Source: a virus (Duplodnaviria; Caudoviricetes). From it: DNA of 50,222 nt. This document shows positions 40,508-50,222 of the stretch, piece by piece. The DNA lies in IMG/VR virus record IMGVR_UViG_3300031658_000011, positions 1 through 50,222 of that record; one strand, given 5' to 3'. Made by a program: the position numbers and the translations under genes. The notes under the pieces are model-generated. The model had not been told where the DNA came from, ran no database searches, and saw only the letters and a program-made list of their open reading frames with translations. Each line of letters begins with the position of its first letter. Position 1 is the first letter of the stretch.

Positions 40508-42318
40508 TATTTGCGCCTTGCTCGTGGTGACCAGTGAGTCAACATAGAGTTAACCGTGTGAGGAGTCTCATTAACGGCGTCAGTGAAAAGCACCATACTG
40601 ATGTTTCTCCCTACGCCTTCAAGATACATATCTATTAAGTAGGCCAACGCGGTAGACCAATACACTTCATCCCAAAGCGCAGAGTTGTAATACCCACCGC
40701 CACCTACTGCGATAGCTTCACCCGCGATATGCACTGCATCTAAAGCTCCATAGTCAAACTCTGGAACAATGGTCAGTGATGTAGACCGGACACTCTGGAC
40801 TTCCAGCACGACCTTTTTAAACCGTTTTCTAAACTCTGGCCCTTCGATGTAGGCAAACGCAGGACGCAGCACTGACTTTAAGGCGAGGCCGTCTAAAGAG
40901 TTTCCTTTCTCGGCTTGATACACAAAACCATCGTTGGTTCCGAAGTAAACTTCCTCCAGTCCTTCAGCGCCCTCTCCTGAGTACGCGCAAGCGACAGGCT
41001 TGCCGAAGTCGAACGTCGAAACGCCAAGGACTTCGGCCCCTGCAAAAGTGAAAATAAGCCCCGATCCGTCGTTCATGCACAGTCGGTATTGATTCTTTGA
41101 GCGCACCATAAAACTGGCGACTGCTTTGCCTTGATAACGCTCCAATAAGGGGTCTACTTTGTAGGACAGCGGCGTACCAGCAAAATCACCGAAGTCCGTA
41201 ACTCTTTGTTGTTTCCATACGCCTTGATCCGACAGGAAAACAGGGTCGCCCAGAGGCTGAACCGTGTGCGGATACACGCCTGCCGCGCCATCAAACTCGG
41301 TCAATTCCATGTCCGCTGGCGTCTTGCCGTACAATACTTTGACTGAACGTCGGCAGTAGACTCCCATCGAGTTGTTCGGGGTGGTAATCAAACTGTGTGG
41401 ACTGTCACCCAGTGCGATTTCTGCACCGCCTTGAGCAGCGGCAAACACGGTGGGGTCGCCGATCTTAGACAGCATCAACGATCCAAAAGAATAGCCAAGA
41501 ATGAGAATACCTGTGCCTGTTACTGCCAAGCAGTTAGGAGTATCCGTTGACATACCCGTAGTCAACGCCGTGTAAGTCGTCCCGTTGAACGTGAACGCTT
41601 TGTTCGCGCCGTCAGTGCCAACCAGCAACGGAATGGACACGTTATTGGCGTTGTTGTTGTTAGCGGGTATGGCAGGCAAAGAGAATTTCGCTTTAGTAAA
41701 CTGATATCGCCCGCCGGGAACTAATGTTGGCGTTGTGACTACCGTCCAGCCTGCTGTCGTAGACTTGTGCATGACACCCGCAGTCCCGCCTACGTTGTCT
41801 CTAAAAGCGTACACGTCGCCATTGTAGGTCACCACGCCACGGATAGGGCCACTGCCGGGGACTGCGGTAATAAGATTTCTAAAGTAGGCTAACACTGCCA
41901 AACTAAATGTCTGATCTATTGCGTCAGCGCCGCCTGTGCCAGCAGGGTATACCGTAGTAATGCTCGCCCCGCCTGCCGTCTCGCCTACAACAAACGTGCC
42001 GGATTTATTCACGAGGCACAGCGTTTTTGTCGCCGCGTCTATTGCTACTAGAATACCTGAAGCGCCGCTAGTGCCGCCTGTTACGGTGGCTCCGATGCTG
42101 CTGGTGGTTGCCCCTGCGAGTTGGATGCTGCTGTAGGACTGGTCACTGGGACGCTTGCGCCCGTCAAAACGCTCGTACCCCAAAACCCGTTTGTAGCGTC
42201 CGAGGTCTGTTACCTCGTAGTTAAAAAGCTGGATCGCCTCGCCTGACGTCAGTGATAAGGGCGGAGCCGAAAGGTTAAGGCCGCCTGCCATAACAGTCTC
42301 TGCAACCATTGTCGCCAT
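40507..42318 (-). CDS. Tail nozzle/stabilisation protein
   Basis: 603-aa beta-rich protein starting GGLNL; between adaptor and fibre. Confidence 0.7.
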   Translation of the reverse strand: MATMVAETVMAGGLNLSAPPLSLTSGEAIQLFNYEVTDLGRYKRVLGYERFDGRKRPSDQSYSSIQLAGATTSSIGATVTGGTSGASGILVAIDAATKTLCLVNKSGTFVVGETAGGASITTVYPAGTGGADAIDQTFSLAVLAYFRNLITAVPGSGPIRGVVTYNGDVYAFRDNVGGTAGVMHKSTTAGWTVVTTPTLVPGGRYQFTKAKFSLPAIPANNNNANNVSIPLLVGTDGANKAFTFNGTTYTALTTGMSTDTPNCLAVTGTGILILGYSFGSLMLSKIGDPTVFAAAQGGAEIALGDSPHSLITTPNNSMGVYCRRSVKVLYGKTPADMELTEFDGAAGVYPHTVQPLGDPVFLSDQGVWKQQRVTDFGDFAGTPLSYKVDPLLERYQGKAVASFMVRSKNQYRLCMNDGSGLIFTFAGAEVLGVSTFDFGKPVACAYSGEGAEGLEEVYFGTNDGFVYQAEKGNSLDGLALKSVLRPAFAYIEGPEFRKRFKKVVLEVQSVRSTSLTIVPEFDYGALDAVHIAGEAIAVGGGGYYNSALWDEVYWSTALAYLIDMYLEGVGRNISMVLFTDAVNETPHTVNSMLTHWSPRARRK

Positions 42319-42977
42319 TAGCTAAACTCACTCGCAGAAAACGTCAAAAGGGGGAGTTGGTTACACTCCAAACGATGTAGTATCTGAGAAAAGGTAGTCG
42401 CTGACGCGCGCTCAAGCGTTTGATCTTCATCGTACTGCGCGTAGTACATGACGGCCAGAGCGACAATCGCGCTGTGATAGTCCGCCGGGAATAACGGGAC
42501 ACTCGCGTTCACTGTTAACGTGTCAGCAGTACGGTAATACTCTACGATCAGCGGATAAGCCAAGTCAGGCGGTACATTAAATTGCCACGCCCCGTTAGGT
42601 AATATAAACAGCTTGGTCGGGCAGCCGTTGTCGGTTGGCACGTTATCAAACTCTGACGCTCTAAGCTCGTCCTTAACTATCTCAAGAGGCGTCCACTTAC
42701 CGGAGAGCTGTATAAGAATTTTACTCAGGACGGCACAATCCTCTGCGCCTAGATCACTGGTAAGGTAGTACGAGTCGCCTATCGTCAGCGCACGGCCCGT
42801 CTTTTTCTTCCAGCGAAACTTCCAGTTGGTATGCTGCCCTTGAATATACGCATACGCCTCGTCAACAAACCCGACGATTCGTCCGGGCATGCTGAGTTGC
42901 GATGTGACGGACGCGGGGCCAGCCCCCGTCAAACCACACTTCAGCCACGTCTTTCTGACAATAGTGAGGTAGTCCAT
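42318..42977 (-). CDS. Head-tail adaptor (tail tubular A-like)
   Basis: WKF, G.P, PPD..Y...EY, P..YH.AIV pattern; position. Confidence 0.7.
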   Translation of the reverse strand: MDYLTIVRKTWLKCGLTGAGPASVTSQLSMPGRIVGFVDEAYAYIQGQHTNWKFRWKKKTGRALTIGDSYYLTSDLGAEDCAVLSKILIQLSGKWTPLEIVKDELRASEFDNVPTDNGCPTKLFILPNGAWQFNVPPDLAYPLIVEYYRTADTLTVNASVPLFPADYHSAIVALAVMYYAQYDEDQTLERASATTFSQILHRLECNQLPLLTFSASEFS

Positions 42978-42982
42978 CTAGG

Positions 42983-43408
42983 TTAGGCCACGACAGAGAA
43001 CGGATAGGCCAGCATCTCGCGTGGGACCATCTCATTGTCAATCATTCTGTAGCTGGTCGTGCTGGCGTTTCGTAGTGCCTCTACCACAGACTCAGGTACG
43101 TCTACGTCCATGTCTCTTTGAATAACATAAGCGTGTCCATTTACTGACACAAACACAGGCTGTTGCCCGTCGGAGTTATCCGTGGTCGGTATGCGTATTT
43201 TGGTCTTACTCTGGGATGCCAATTCTTTCGCGGCGACAGTAGCGGGCAGAGGTTTGGCGGGGTTCGTCAACGCCTCATAGTCTACGTCGTCTAATTCGGC
43301 TGCTTTTTGCAGGAGGGTATCTTTTGAGGCTTCTGGCATGTCAACGCCGTGCCTTTCTCGAAGGTACTCAACGAGTTCTTTTTTGGTCGAGCTTCCATTG
43401 ATAGCCAT
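42983..43408 (-). CDS. Hypothetical protein downstream of the capsid gene
   Basis: VFVSVNG..Y.I.R...V.VP..V.E.L.NA...YPFSV. Confidence 0.75.
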   Translation of the reverse strand: MAINGSSTKKELVEYLRERHGVDMPEASKDTLLQKAAELDDVDYEALTNPAKPLPATVAAKELASQSKTKIRIPTTDNSDGQQPVFVSVNGHAYVIQRDMDVDVPESVVEALRNASTTSYRMIDNEMVPREMLAYPFSVVA

Positions 43409-43436
43409 AAAGGGTATGTTCTCTTATAGATGTTAT

Positions 43437-43467
43437 AAAAAAAGGAGGTGGGCAAAACCCACCTCCT
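43437..43467 (-). terminator. Rho-independent terminator after the major capsid gene
   Basis: AGGAGGTGGG/CCCACCTCCT stem with a T run on the minus strand. Confidence 0.85.
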
Positions 43468-43491
43468 CATCGTCGTTACACCGAGTTGCTC

Positions 43492-44484
43492 TTACAGAGC
43501 AGTTACCGCTGACTCGATGCGGTTAAGCCACGCTTGGTTTAGCACAACCGAAGTGTGCCAAGTCTTCCACGCAACCGATCCTCGTTGACCCAGCTCATCC
43601 CCGCCACGCGGAGTGTTGGGGTTGAGGATCATAGGAGTGATGGAGTCCTTGCCTTTAAGCGGCACGGTTCCCCACGCTTCTTGACCCATGATGACAGTCT
43701 GATAAACATCAGCACTTGTGCCACCTGTAGAGACCATAGCCCCCTTAGCTCCACCGCCGTTTGCTATAGGAGCAAACAGAGGAGACAGGACAAAACGGAC
43801 GTTCTCGACCGTGCCTGACTCGTAGTCACACAGAGGCTGGCGGCTGCCGTACTCTGCTAAAGGCGTAAAGCCCGCGAGGCCACGAAGGTCTGCTTCGATG
43901 TCGGTGTGACCGAAAGCGATGTAGCCTGCTTCAACTGGCTGTGTGCCTATATCAACACTACCGTTTAGTATCTTAGTGATGGGCTTGCACCGCTGGGCGC
44001 GCAACGTGCGGACAACAGACCGGATATCTCCAATAGACATTGTGGTGTTGACCGCATTACGAGCCGAGCCGTTTGCGTAAGTCACAGCCGTACCCGCCTT
44101 CAGAACGCCCCAGTTCAACAGCTCGCGTGTCTCAGCGGCCTGTTCGCCGCAAAGCATTGCGCTGTCGTTCAACACGGGGTCTTCGTGCGTGTCGGCAATT
44201 ACGTCAGTCAACTGAACCCAAGCGCCATACTGGGCTAGGGTGGCAGTAACGTCGGTGTATGCCATTTGTTGGCTGCTGGGTGTTACGCCCTCAGACAACG
44301 CCACAGTGCTAACTGTGAACGGGGTGGGCCGACGGAACTTGATCTGTTGACCTTTGTTCTGAGGCATGGGCCGTGCTTGGGAAAACTTCTCCAGAATAAG
44401 GATAGGTTCAGCGTGTTTTAACATTTTAACGGCGGCGTAAACGCCGATACGGGGTGATACGTCACCATATGCTGTAATAGCCAT
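43492..44484 (-). CDS. Major capsid protein, N4-gp56 family
   Basis: YGD.SPR, FRR, L.EGVTP, QYG, D.LGQRG..AWK. Confidence 0.93.
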   Translation of the reverse strand: MAITAYGDVSPRIGVYAAVKMLKHAEPILILEKFSQARPMPQNKGQQIKFRRPTPFTVSTVALSEGVTPSSQQMAYTDVTATLAQYGAWVQLTDVIADTHEDPVLNDSAMLCGEQAAETRELLNWGVLKAGTAVTYANGSARNAVNTTMSIGDIRSVVRTLRAQRCKPITKILNGSVDIGTQPVEAGYIAFGHTDIEADLRGLAGFTPLAEYGSRQPLCDYESGTVENVRFVLSPLFAPIANGGGAKGAMVSTGGTSADVYQTVIMGQEAWGTVPLKGKDSITPMILNPNTPRGGDELGQRGSVAWKTWHTSVVLNQAWLNRIESAVTAL

Positions 44485-44510
44485 GAGTAATTACCTCTGA
44501 GTTGGCAAAA

Positions 44511-45428
44511 TTAGATATTGTTGTTGTTAGCTTGCTCTGCCCAGTATTCCCACGAGTCTCCGTCAACGGAACTTCCATTCAACCTACCTACGCCAGCACG
44601 GGGCAGACCTTCGTCTGCATCGCCGTCGCGGGGTCGAGTGTGCGTTTCGTCATTATTTACGGTTGCTGGTGGGATGCTACGTTTATAAAGGTCCAGTAAG
44701 ACGATGTTGTCATCTGCTGATCTGGAACTAACGAGCTGTTTCACTCCCTCACTTTGTCCTTCTACCCAGCTCCAAAAATCAGGGCTTTCTTGTATCTGAC
44801 GATAGTCCGGGTGCTGGCTTTGCAGCGCATTAAACTGCGCCTGCAAGACCTGTTGCTCTCGGTCTTCGTTGATACTGTCGATAGTAGGCGTTACGTCGTT
44901 GAGTTGCTGCCGCATCGGGGCAACCTCTTGAGCATTCAACTGCTTCATAGCAGCGAACACTTCAGGGAAGTCTTCCTCGAACTGCACAAGGTCTACGGTT
45001 GTCGTAGGCTGCGCATCTTCGCCGCCCTCTGTTGCGGGTGCAGTAGCTTGCACGGCTTGTGCTTGCTTCTGCGATTGCTCAAGAGCGTTCAACTTTTTCG
45101 TTAGTGCCGATACTCTATGGCGATTGGAGTTTTCCGAGTGCTGGACCCTCGCATAGTTCGCCTGAAGTTCTGCTACCGCCTGTGCTTGGTCAGGGGGTAG
45201 TCCATCAAACACTGTCCGTTCCACTTGTGACCCTGCAAACTCCTCTGGCGTACTGCCGTCCTCGGTTGATTGCAAGGTCGCTGGGTCACTGACTGCGCCT
45301 TCTGGTTCTTCGTTATCGGTGGAAGTGGCTTTCAAATTACCGTCTTCATCGAGAAGTTGGGCAAACTCCTTGAATAAGGCGGCATCGGTAGCGTCACTAG
45401 ATTGCTCGTTATTGTTATCGTCACTCAT
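44511..45428 (-). CDS. Scaffolding protein
   Basis: Acidic coiled-coil with HPD....S..F..W; between portal and capsid. Confidence 0.75.
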   Translation of the reverse strand: MSDDNNNEQSSDATDAALFKEFAQLLDEDGNLKATSTDNEEPEGAVSDPATLQSTEDGSTPEEFAGSQVERTVFDGLPPDQAQAVAELQANYARVQHSENSNRHRVSALTKKLNALEQSQKQAQAVQATAPATEGGEDAQPTTTVDLVQFEEDFPEVFAAMKQLNAQEVAPMRQQLNDVTPTIDSINEDREQQVLQAQFNALQSQHPDYRQIQESPDFWSWVEGQSEGVKQLVSSRSADDNIVLLDLYKRSIPPATVNNDETHTRPRDGDADEGLPRAGVGRLNGSSVDGDSWEYWAEQANNNNI

Positions 45429-45454
45429 ACTCGACCCTTTTCAGTGCGTCCGTC

Positions 45455-45664
45455 TTACGGGAGGGGGGTGTCGAAAAAATCAGAAGTCGCGGGGGTTAAA
45501 TCCGCCGGGGCTTCCGTCTCAAGTCGCAAGACGGCGCTATACGCCTCTATGCGCCCTCGTACCCGCTCGACATTGTCGAGGGGGCAACTGAGGAGTTCTC
45601 TGTGGGATGAGTCCAATTTAGATTGGCTCACCCGCTTAATTTCAGGCCACGAAGGTGTTCGCAC
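45455..45664 (-). CDS. Small hypothetical protein
   Basis: Overlaps the portal stop; ..RGRI.A...VL motif. Confidence 0.6.
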   Translation of the reverse strand: MRTPSWPEIKRVSQSKLDSSHRELLSCPLDNVERVRGRIEAYSAVLRLETEAPADLTPATSDFFDTPLP

Positions 45665-47862
45665 TATTCCAGTCCGTAGTTCGCGGTGTTGCCGTCTTGC
45701 TTTTTAATCTCCATTTCTTTGTTGAACTTGCTGTCGTCTAAGTTCAATTTCCATCGAGACTTTTTCAAGTCGGCTAATATCTTTTGATACCCAATGTCGT
45801 TTGTCTGTGACAGCTTGAGAGCTTCCATCTGCAAGATGCGATCCTGCTTCTCCAGCTCTAGCTTCGCCAAGTCTCGGCGTAGCTGTCTGTCCGCCTCGTT
45901 GTTCTGGGACTCAAGGCTAAATTTCAACTGCTCAATCTGCTGGGTGTTCTCATGCCGCTGCGCAATCTGCTCAGTGCGCATCTGCTCTAACGTGATCATC
46001 GGGTCTTCTTCTGGAGGCTGTTCCTGCATGGCAGCCTGCTCGGCCTCCATCTCGGCGTCAGTCTTGATCAAGTCGTCAGGTGCGATGTGCATCGCCTGTA
46101 TGACCTTACGCAACGTGGCCTGCGCTTTAAGCGAGTCGGCCAGTGCTGGGTGGGCCGCGTACTTGTCCAGTACCGCCATGAGGTTAATAGCCTGCTGCTC
46201 TCTTAACAGTAGTGCGCTAGTACCCCGTGCGTGGACTTCGTAGTCTCCTTTAATGTTTTCGTCTTTGTGGTACTGCATGTTCCAGTAATAGAAACGTGTG
46301 ATAAGCGGCTTAGTCACGCTATCGTCCCAATCGCGCACTTGTCGGCGGCGGTCGGTGTTGCTGGCGTTCATCATCATTGCCATGCCGCCCAGCGTACTGG
46401 GTGCTTGGCCCGCGCCCTGCCCTACCTGTGGCGGCAGCCCTGCCGTCTCGGTGAGGAAGTTTCGCGCCATCGTGAGGATGTTGCCGACTTCCTGCTGGAC
46501 AGAAGGGAATGACATAACACTGAACGCAGACCGGACGTCGGTAATGCTCTCATCGGCGTACCACAGTTTCCACGGCGAGATTGTCTCAGTGCCGTCGGCG
46601 GGTGTAATGGCGTGGCGCTTGGCAACGATCTGTGGGCCTGCGGACTTGCTGCTGTTGTCCAGCATCATTCGCCATGCCGTGTTGACGATGGCCTGCTCGT
46701 TGCGACAAAGCCACGGTACGCCAAAACCAAACGGGCAGAAGTCATCGACTGCCCAGTTCCACATTGAGTAGGGCCAGTCTTCGGACTCGAGGGGGTTCAG
46801 TACCGCCTTGAGAACAAAGCCGCCGCAAAAAACCACGACGCCGTCAAACTCATCGAGCGGGTCGTCTTTCTTTATCTTCACGCCCGCTTCTCGCAGCGCG
46901 TCTTTAGAGATAGGACCGTGGTATGTCCAAACCTCATATCGGTTATCAACCGTTTGATCTGTCCCGCCTGTCAGCCTTCGCAGTGCGTTGACGTGGCCGT
47001 TGCTTGCAAACTCAATGGTCTTCGTTTCTTCGAGTAGAACTTTCTTGACGTTGTCTTTTATGTAATTCTTACGCTTCACCAGCCCGCGCATCTGTTTGCG
47101 GGTCATGTAGCTGCGCTCAAATATGAACTCGGACTCTTCTATGGTGGAGCCACTGAGGTCAGGGTAAAAATCCCACGGCGCAACGGCGCGTGTTCTTGGT
47201 GCGCTAGAGGTTTGAGGCTCATACGTCACGGCGGGCTTCTTGCCCCCTGTGCCGTTGTCTTTCATTATCATCTTGTGTCGGGTGGTGGTGAACTGCTCTG
47301 GGCCTGCGATAATCGCAGAGCCGAAGATGCCCGCCCAATGCAATGCTTTGCGGGCAACGCTCGCATGGTCGCACTGCACAAGCTGGTCATCTATCTCACG
47401 CTCCATCGCAATCGCCTTGTCTTTGGCGATTGTCTGCGCTCGGGCGGCGACTTCTGCTGTGGAGATGGGTTCTCCGGTCTCGGCGTCCATCACTTGACCG
47501 CCACCCGGGACTTGGGCGGGGGATGAGTCTTTCAAGTCGCCTTCTATCTGAGGGTTTGGAGTGGCAGAGATGCCGTAGTTCTTATCGTCTGTGGGAAACA
47601 ACAAGTCGGCTATCTGTGCTACTGACTGGTTAACCATAATGCGAGTGATGTTCAAAAATACGCTTGACTGCTTGTTGTCCTCCATCGCTCTGAGCGTTTG
47701 GGGGTCATACTCGCCAATATATTGCTGAAGGTCTTCGATCCAACGCTGCTCGATAACCGAGCGGTTGGCAATCACTGACTTGAGCGACAGAGAAAGTGAA
47801 TGCCCAAGCAAAGACAGCGGGTCTAAACCAGCGACCTTCTTCTCGTCTAGGGGCGATTCCAT
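45664..47862 (-). CDS. Portal protein
   Basis: 732 aa directly after terL; PWDFYPD, FG.GVP, TLGGM.M.MNA; C-terminal coiled coil. Confidence 0.88.
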   Translation of the reverse strand: MESPLDEKKVAGLDPLSLLGHSLSLSLKSVIANRSVIEQRWIEDLQQYIGEYDPQTLRAMEDNKQSSVFLNITRIMVNQSVAQIADLLFPTDDKNYGISATPNPQIEGDLKDSSPAQVPGGGQVMDAETGEPISTAEVAARAQTIAKDKAIAMEREIDDQLVQCDHASVARKALHWAGIFGSAIIAGPEQFTTTRHKMIMKDNGTGGKKPAVTYEPQTSSAPRTRAVAPWDFYPDLSGSTIEESEFIFERSYMTRKQMRGLVKRKNYIKDNVKKVLLEETKTIEFASNGHVNALRRLTGGTDQTVDNRYEVWTYHGPISKDALREAGVKIKKDDPLDEFDGVVVFCGGFVLKAVLNPLESEDWPYSMWNWAVDDFCPFGFGVPWLCRNEQAIVNTAWRMMLDNSSKSAGPQIVAKRHAITPADGTETISPWKLWYADESITDVRSAFSVMSFPSVQQEVGNILTMARNFLTETAGLPPQVGQGAGQAPSTLGGMAMMMNASNTDRRRQVRDWDDSVTKPLITRFYYWNMQYHKDENIKGDYEVHARGTSALLLREQQAINLMAVLDKYAAHPALADSLKAQATLRKVIQAMHIAPDDLIKTDAEMEAEQAAMQEQPPEEDPMITLEQMRTEQIAQRHENTQQIEQLKFSLESQNNEADRQLRRDLAKLELEKQDRILQMEALKLSQTNDIGYQKILADLKKSRWKLNLDDSKFNKEMEIKKQDGNTANYGLE

Positions 47863-49386
47863 TTAGTATCCTGTTCTCATATCGGCAACCTGTAGTGGTG
47901 CGTAAGTGTGTCCGCTGTTTTTCTCCCGCGCTATCGCGGTCAACACCCTCAGACACAGATACTGCAACGCATCGTGGGGGTGGGAAAATTTGTTCTTGTC
48001 GGGCTTCTCTCGGTATCGGGCTTCACCTGAAACTTGGACCCGCGCGTATTGATACCCTGCAATAAAGCCTGCTTTCAAAATTGAACAGTGCGCACTCAGT
48101 AAAAACGCGGGTTCGCCTTTAGGGGCGAGGCGCATTAGAAAGTGGCGTACCGATTCCAACCTTGGCTCGATGGCGTTGGTCGAGGCAGGGACAACCGCCA
48201 TGCCTGTACTCCTCATTACTTGGAAGCAACTGACCTCGTCGGTGTCTCCCGCCGCATTGCCAGAGGGGTCTCCGACATATATGCGCTCGTGTCTGGCATA
48301 CTTCTCTGCGATCAACGGCATCATGGACGTCGCTATAAAATCGGTTAGCCCCATTCTCTTTGCTACTAACTCGTCAAGAATACGGAGCTGCCCGTCAATG
48401 TACTGACCAAAAATGGCGCTGGGGGTGAGTCCGAAGTCCAATCCGATGTAGATCGGCTTGTCTTTGATCGGCCACAGGTTGGTACTAGCAACGTGTATCC
48501 GCTCGTTGAACGTCTCGCCATATACTGGCATCCCGTCGCGGACAGTGGCGTACTCGTTCAGCACATAGGCGCGTATCCAGTTCGGGTCTTTGCCGCCTAT
48601 GGCGTTAAAATAGTAGTCGTACCCTCCGGGGAGGTTCTGTATGTTCTCTGCGGCGGGGTTAGGCTCAAAGCCACTACTCTCGCACCGTGCTTTGGTGATA
48701 CCTGTAACCTCTGGGTCCATCAACAGGGTGTCGCCTTTCCTATACCGCAACAATGCGGCAGGCTGTTGATAGAACTTCCACCCTTCCGGTGGGTTTTGCT
48801 CAAGCTCTGCGTACCAGTGGTCTTCCGCAGGGCTGTTAGTGTCCATGATGACCCCTGACCAGCTTGGGCCGCCCTCTCGCACGGACGGATATCGCCCTAC
48901 CCGAGAGGTAATAGTGTCTGCAACTGCCTTGTCTAGCTCTTTTGCTTCGTTAAGGAACGCGCCTGTCAGTTCAAGCGACAGTAACTTGCCCAAGTCCTTG
49001 GGTTTATCTAACGCGATGAACACAAACTCGGCCATGACTACCGTTTTGTCCGGTAGGGGCAGGGTCAGTCGTGCGGTAATCGGTGATTCGTTCAGTTTGA
49101 CTGGGCAGATCGAGTCTGGCAGCCAGTCTTGAAAGGTTTTTAGCGTTGTACTTTTCAACTCTGGGTAAGTCGCGCGGACCATACCCATTCTGGTCTTGCG
49201 TAGCCCTGCCGCGTTGGGCTTTTGGGCCAGTGCCTTCTCCATCGCAAGGTCGATCATCGCCCCTACGCTCTTACCGGACCCGATAGGGCCGCGCATACCA
49301 CGGACAAACGACTCTCGGTCCGTGTGAAACCCTTTAAATGTCTTTGATGCGGTGTAATCAAGGGTAACGGGTGGCGGTGCGCTCAA
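47863..49386 (-). CDS. terL: Terminase large subunit
   Basis: Walker A GPIGSGKS, R.TYPELK.TT, FLNE, GRYPS, DTN.P; nuclease GLDFG, GDPSG, HDALQY. Confidence 0.95.
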   Translation of the reverse strand: MSAPPPVTLDYTASKTFKGFHTDRESFVRGMRGPIGSGKSVGAMIDLAMEKALAQKPNAAGLRKTRMGMVRATYPELKSTTLKTFQDWLPDSICPVKLNESPITARLTLPLPDKTVVMAEFVFIALDKPKDLGKLLSLELTGAFLNEAKELDKAVADTITSRVGRYPSVREGGPSWSGVIMDTNSPAEDHWYAELEQNPPEGWKFYQQPAALLRYRKGDTLLMDPEVTGITKARCESSGFEPNPAAENIQNLPGGYDYYFNAIGGKDPNWIRAYVLNEYATVRDGMPVYGETFNERIHVASTNLWPIKDKPIYIGLDFGLTPSAIFGQYIDGQLRILDELVAKRMGLTDFIATSMMPLIAEKYARHERIYVGDPSGNAAGDTDEVSCFQVMRSTGMAVVPASTNAIEPRLESVRHFLMRLAPKGEPAFLLSAHCSILKAGFIAGYQYARVQVSGEARYREKPDKNKFSHPHDALQYLCLRVLTAIAREKNSGHTYAPLQVADMRTGY

Positions 49387-50021
49387 TCAGAGTCCCCTTC
49401 GTCGTTTTCATCCGCTTCTAAGGACGTTAATCCCTGCGTGGCTACAAGTAGCTCGGGCTGCTCGGTGCTTGTGTCGTCCCCCATTACGAGGTTTAGGCTG
49501 ACATTTAGCCCTGATGTACCTTCGGCGGCATACAACTGGAAGTGTTTCGACAGTTGGTCTGTAAATCGGGCCGCTGCGCCCAAGTCCGTCTCTTTAACGG
49601 CCTGTGAGGTAAAGGTTTGGGTCTCTTTGTCATACCCACTTTTGATGATTGGGGCTTCACCCATTGACATCTCTAGCAAGTTCACGATTTTAGCGAGCAG
49701 TGAGTCTTTGTTAAGGCCCAGTTTTTGCATTCGCGCGGTCAACAGGTGGTTTAGGGCCGCCTGAACCGTAGGTTGGGCCACCCACGCCGCTGCTTTCTTC
49801 GGCTTTATCGAACATATGTTCGCCGCAGCAATCACATCGAGGGTGGGGTGTGACAGTAACGCCTCAAAAAACACGCGCTGGGTTGTAGTGAACCGAGCGT
49901 CAGCGTTTTGAAACATCGCCTCTTCCATAACACGCAAATCGTCTAGCGTTACAGGGACGCGGCGTGTTGCAGCAGGGCTTTTAGCGTGTGTCGGGTTGGG
50001 GGACATAAGTATGTTCGCCAT
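49383..50021 (-). CDS. terS: Terminase small subunit
   Basis: Overlaps the terL start; N-terminal HTH-like region; SD GGAG. Confidence 0.7.
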   Translation of the reverse strand: MANILMSPNPTHAKSPAATRRVPVTLDDLRVMEEAMFQNADARFTTTQRVFFEALLSHPTLDVIAAANICSIKPKKAAAWVAQPTVQAALNHLLTARMQKLGLNKDSLLAKIVNLLEMSMGEAPIIKSGYDKETQTFTSQAVKETDLGAAARFTDQLSKHFQLYAAEGTSGLNVSLNLVMGDDTSTEQPELLVATQGLTSLEADENDEGDSD

Positions 50022-50090
50022 TAAATCTCCAGACTAGGGGCCAGAGTACACGCACTGGTTGCGTTACACAACACTTTACATACTATATTT

Positions 50091-50120
50091 AGTATATAAG
50101 TGTAATTTTATTGTTTGCAA
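50091..50120 (-). promoter_or_regulatory. Candidate sigma70 promoter of the late operon
   Basis: TTGCAA-18 bp-TATACT on the minus strand in AT-rich DNA; contains the AAGTGTAA motif. Confidence 0.5.
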
Positions 50121-50222
50121 TGTTTTATGAGCTTCGTTTGTCGTATTGTAAGTGTAGATTGTAAGGCAAAACTGAGTTTCACCAAAAATGTACAAAGGGG
50201 CTAATGACCACCCCGGCCGCCC

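Larger units (their letters stand above)
1..50222. mobile_element. Temperate podovirus-like bacteriophage genome (near complete, left end truncated)
   Basis: Terminase, portal, capsid, tail, ejection proteins, replication module, repressor pair and integrase are all present; no tape measure, sheath or host housekeeping genes recognised. Confidence 0.95.

Noticed and set aside
18542-49764. Numerous plus-strand ORFs antisense to late genes (and minus-strand ORFs within 8115-17077)
   Set aside because: Shadow frames fully overlapping well-supported genes, with no motifs of their own

Overview
The window is almost all of a temperate, podovirus-type dsDNA bacteriophage genome of about 50 kb; no host chromosomal genes are recognisable. 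In order it holds: (1) a GC-rich early/accessory block with a 5'-truncated VWA-domain gene, a chain of translationally coupled small ORFs and a stand-alone integrase arm-binding domain; (2) a leftward cro, primase-helicase, dNMP kinase and cupin operon; (3) a cI-like repressor; (4) an APSE-type replication operon (DUF2800 nuclease, DUF2815 SSB, family-A DNA polymerase, VRR-NUC, SNF2 helicase, metallophosphoesterase); (5) xis and a tyrosine integrase with a candidate attP; (6) a long minus-strand late operon (terS, terL, portal, scaffold, N4-gp56-like capsid, adaptor, nozzle, S74-chaperoned tail fibre, holin, ejection proteins, lysozyme). The late operon ends in a 2925-aa polyvalent virion protein. 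The most notable observation is that this protein is cut into enzyme modules (two HExxH peptidase-like, two ART-like, one glycosylase-like, then PLxRFG) by a recurring D-[IV]-L-[GA]-S-R linker, two copies of which are identical over 26 bp of DNA. Other observations are an unannotated lambda-N-like Arg-rich peptide, a probable AUU start codon for the polymerase behind a structured leader and terminator, and an AAGTGTAA motif shared by three regulatory regions. All family calls come from motif recognition by eye; no database search was run.
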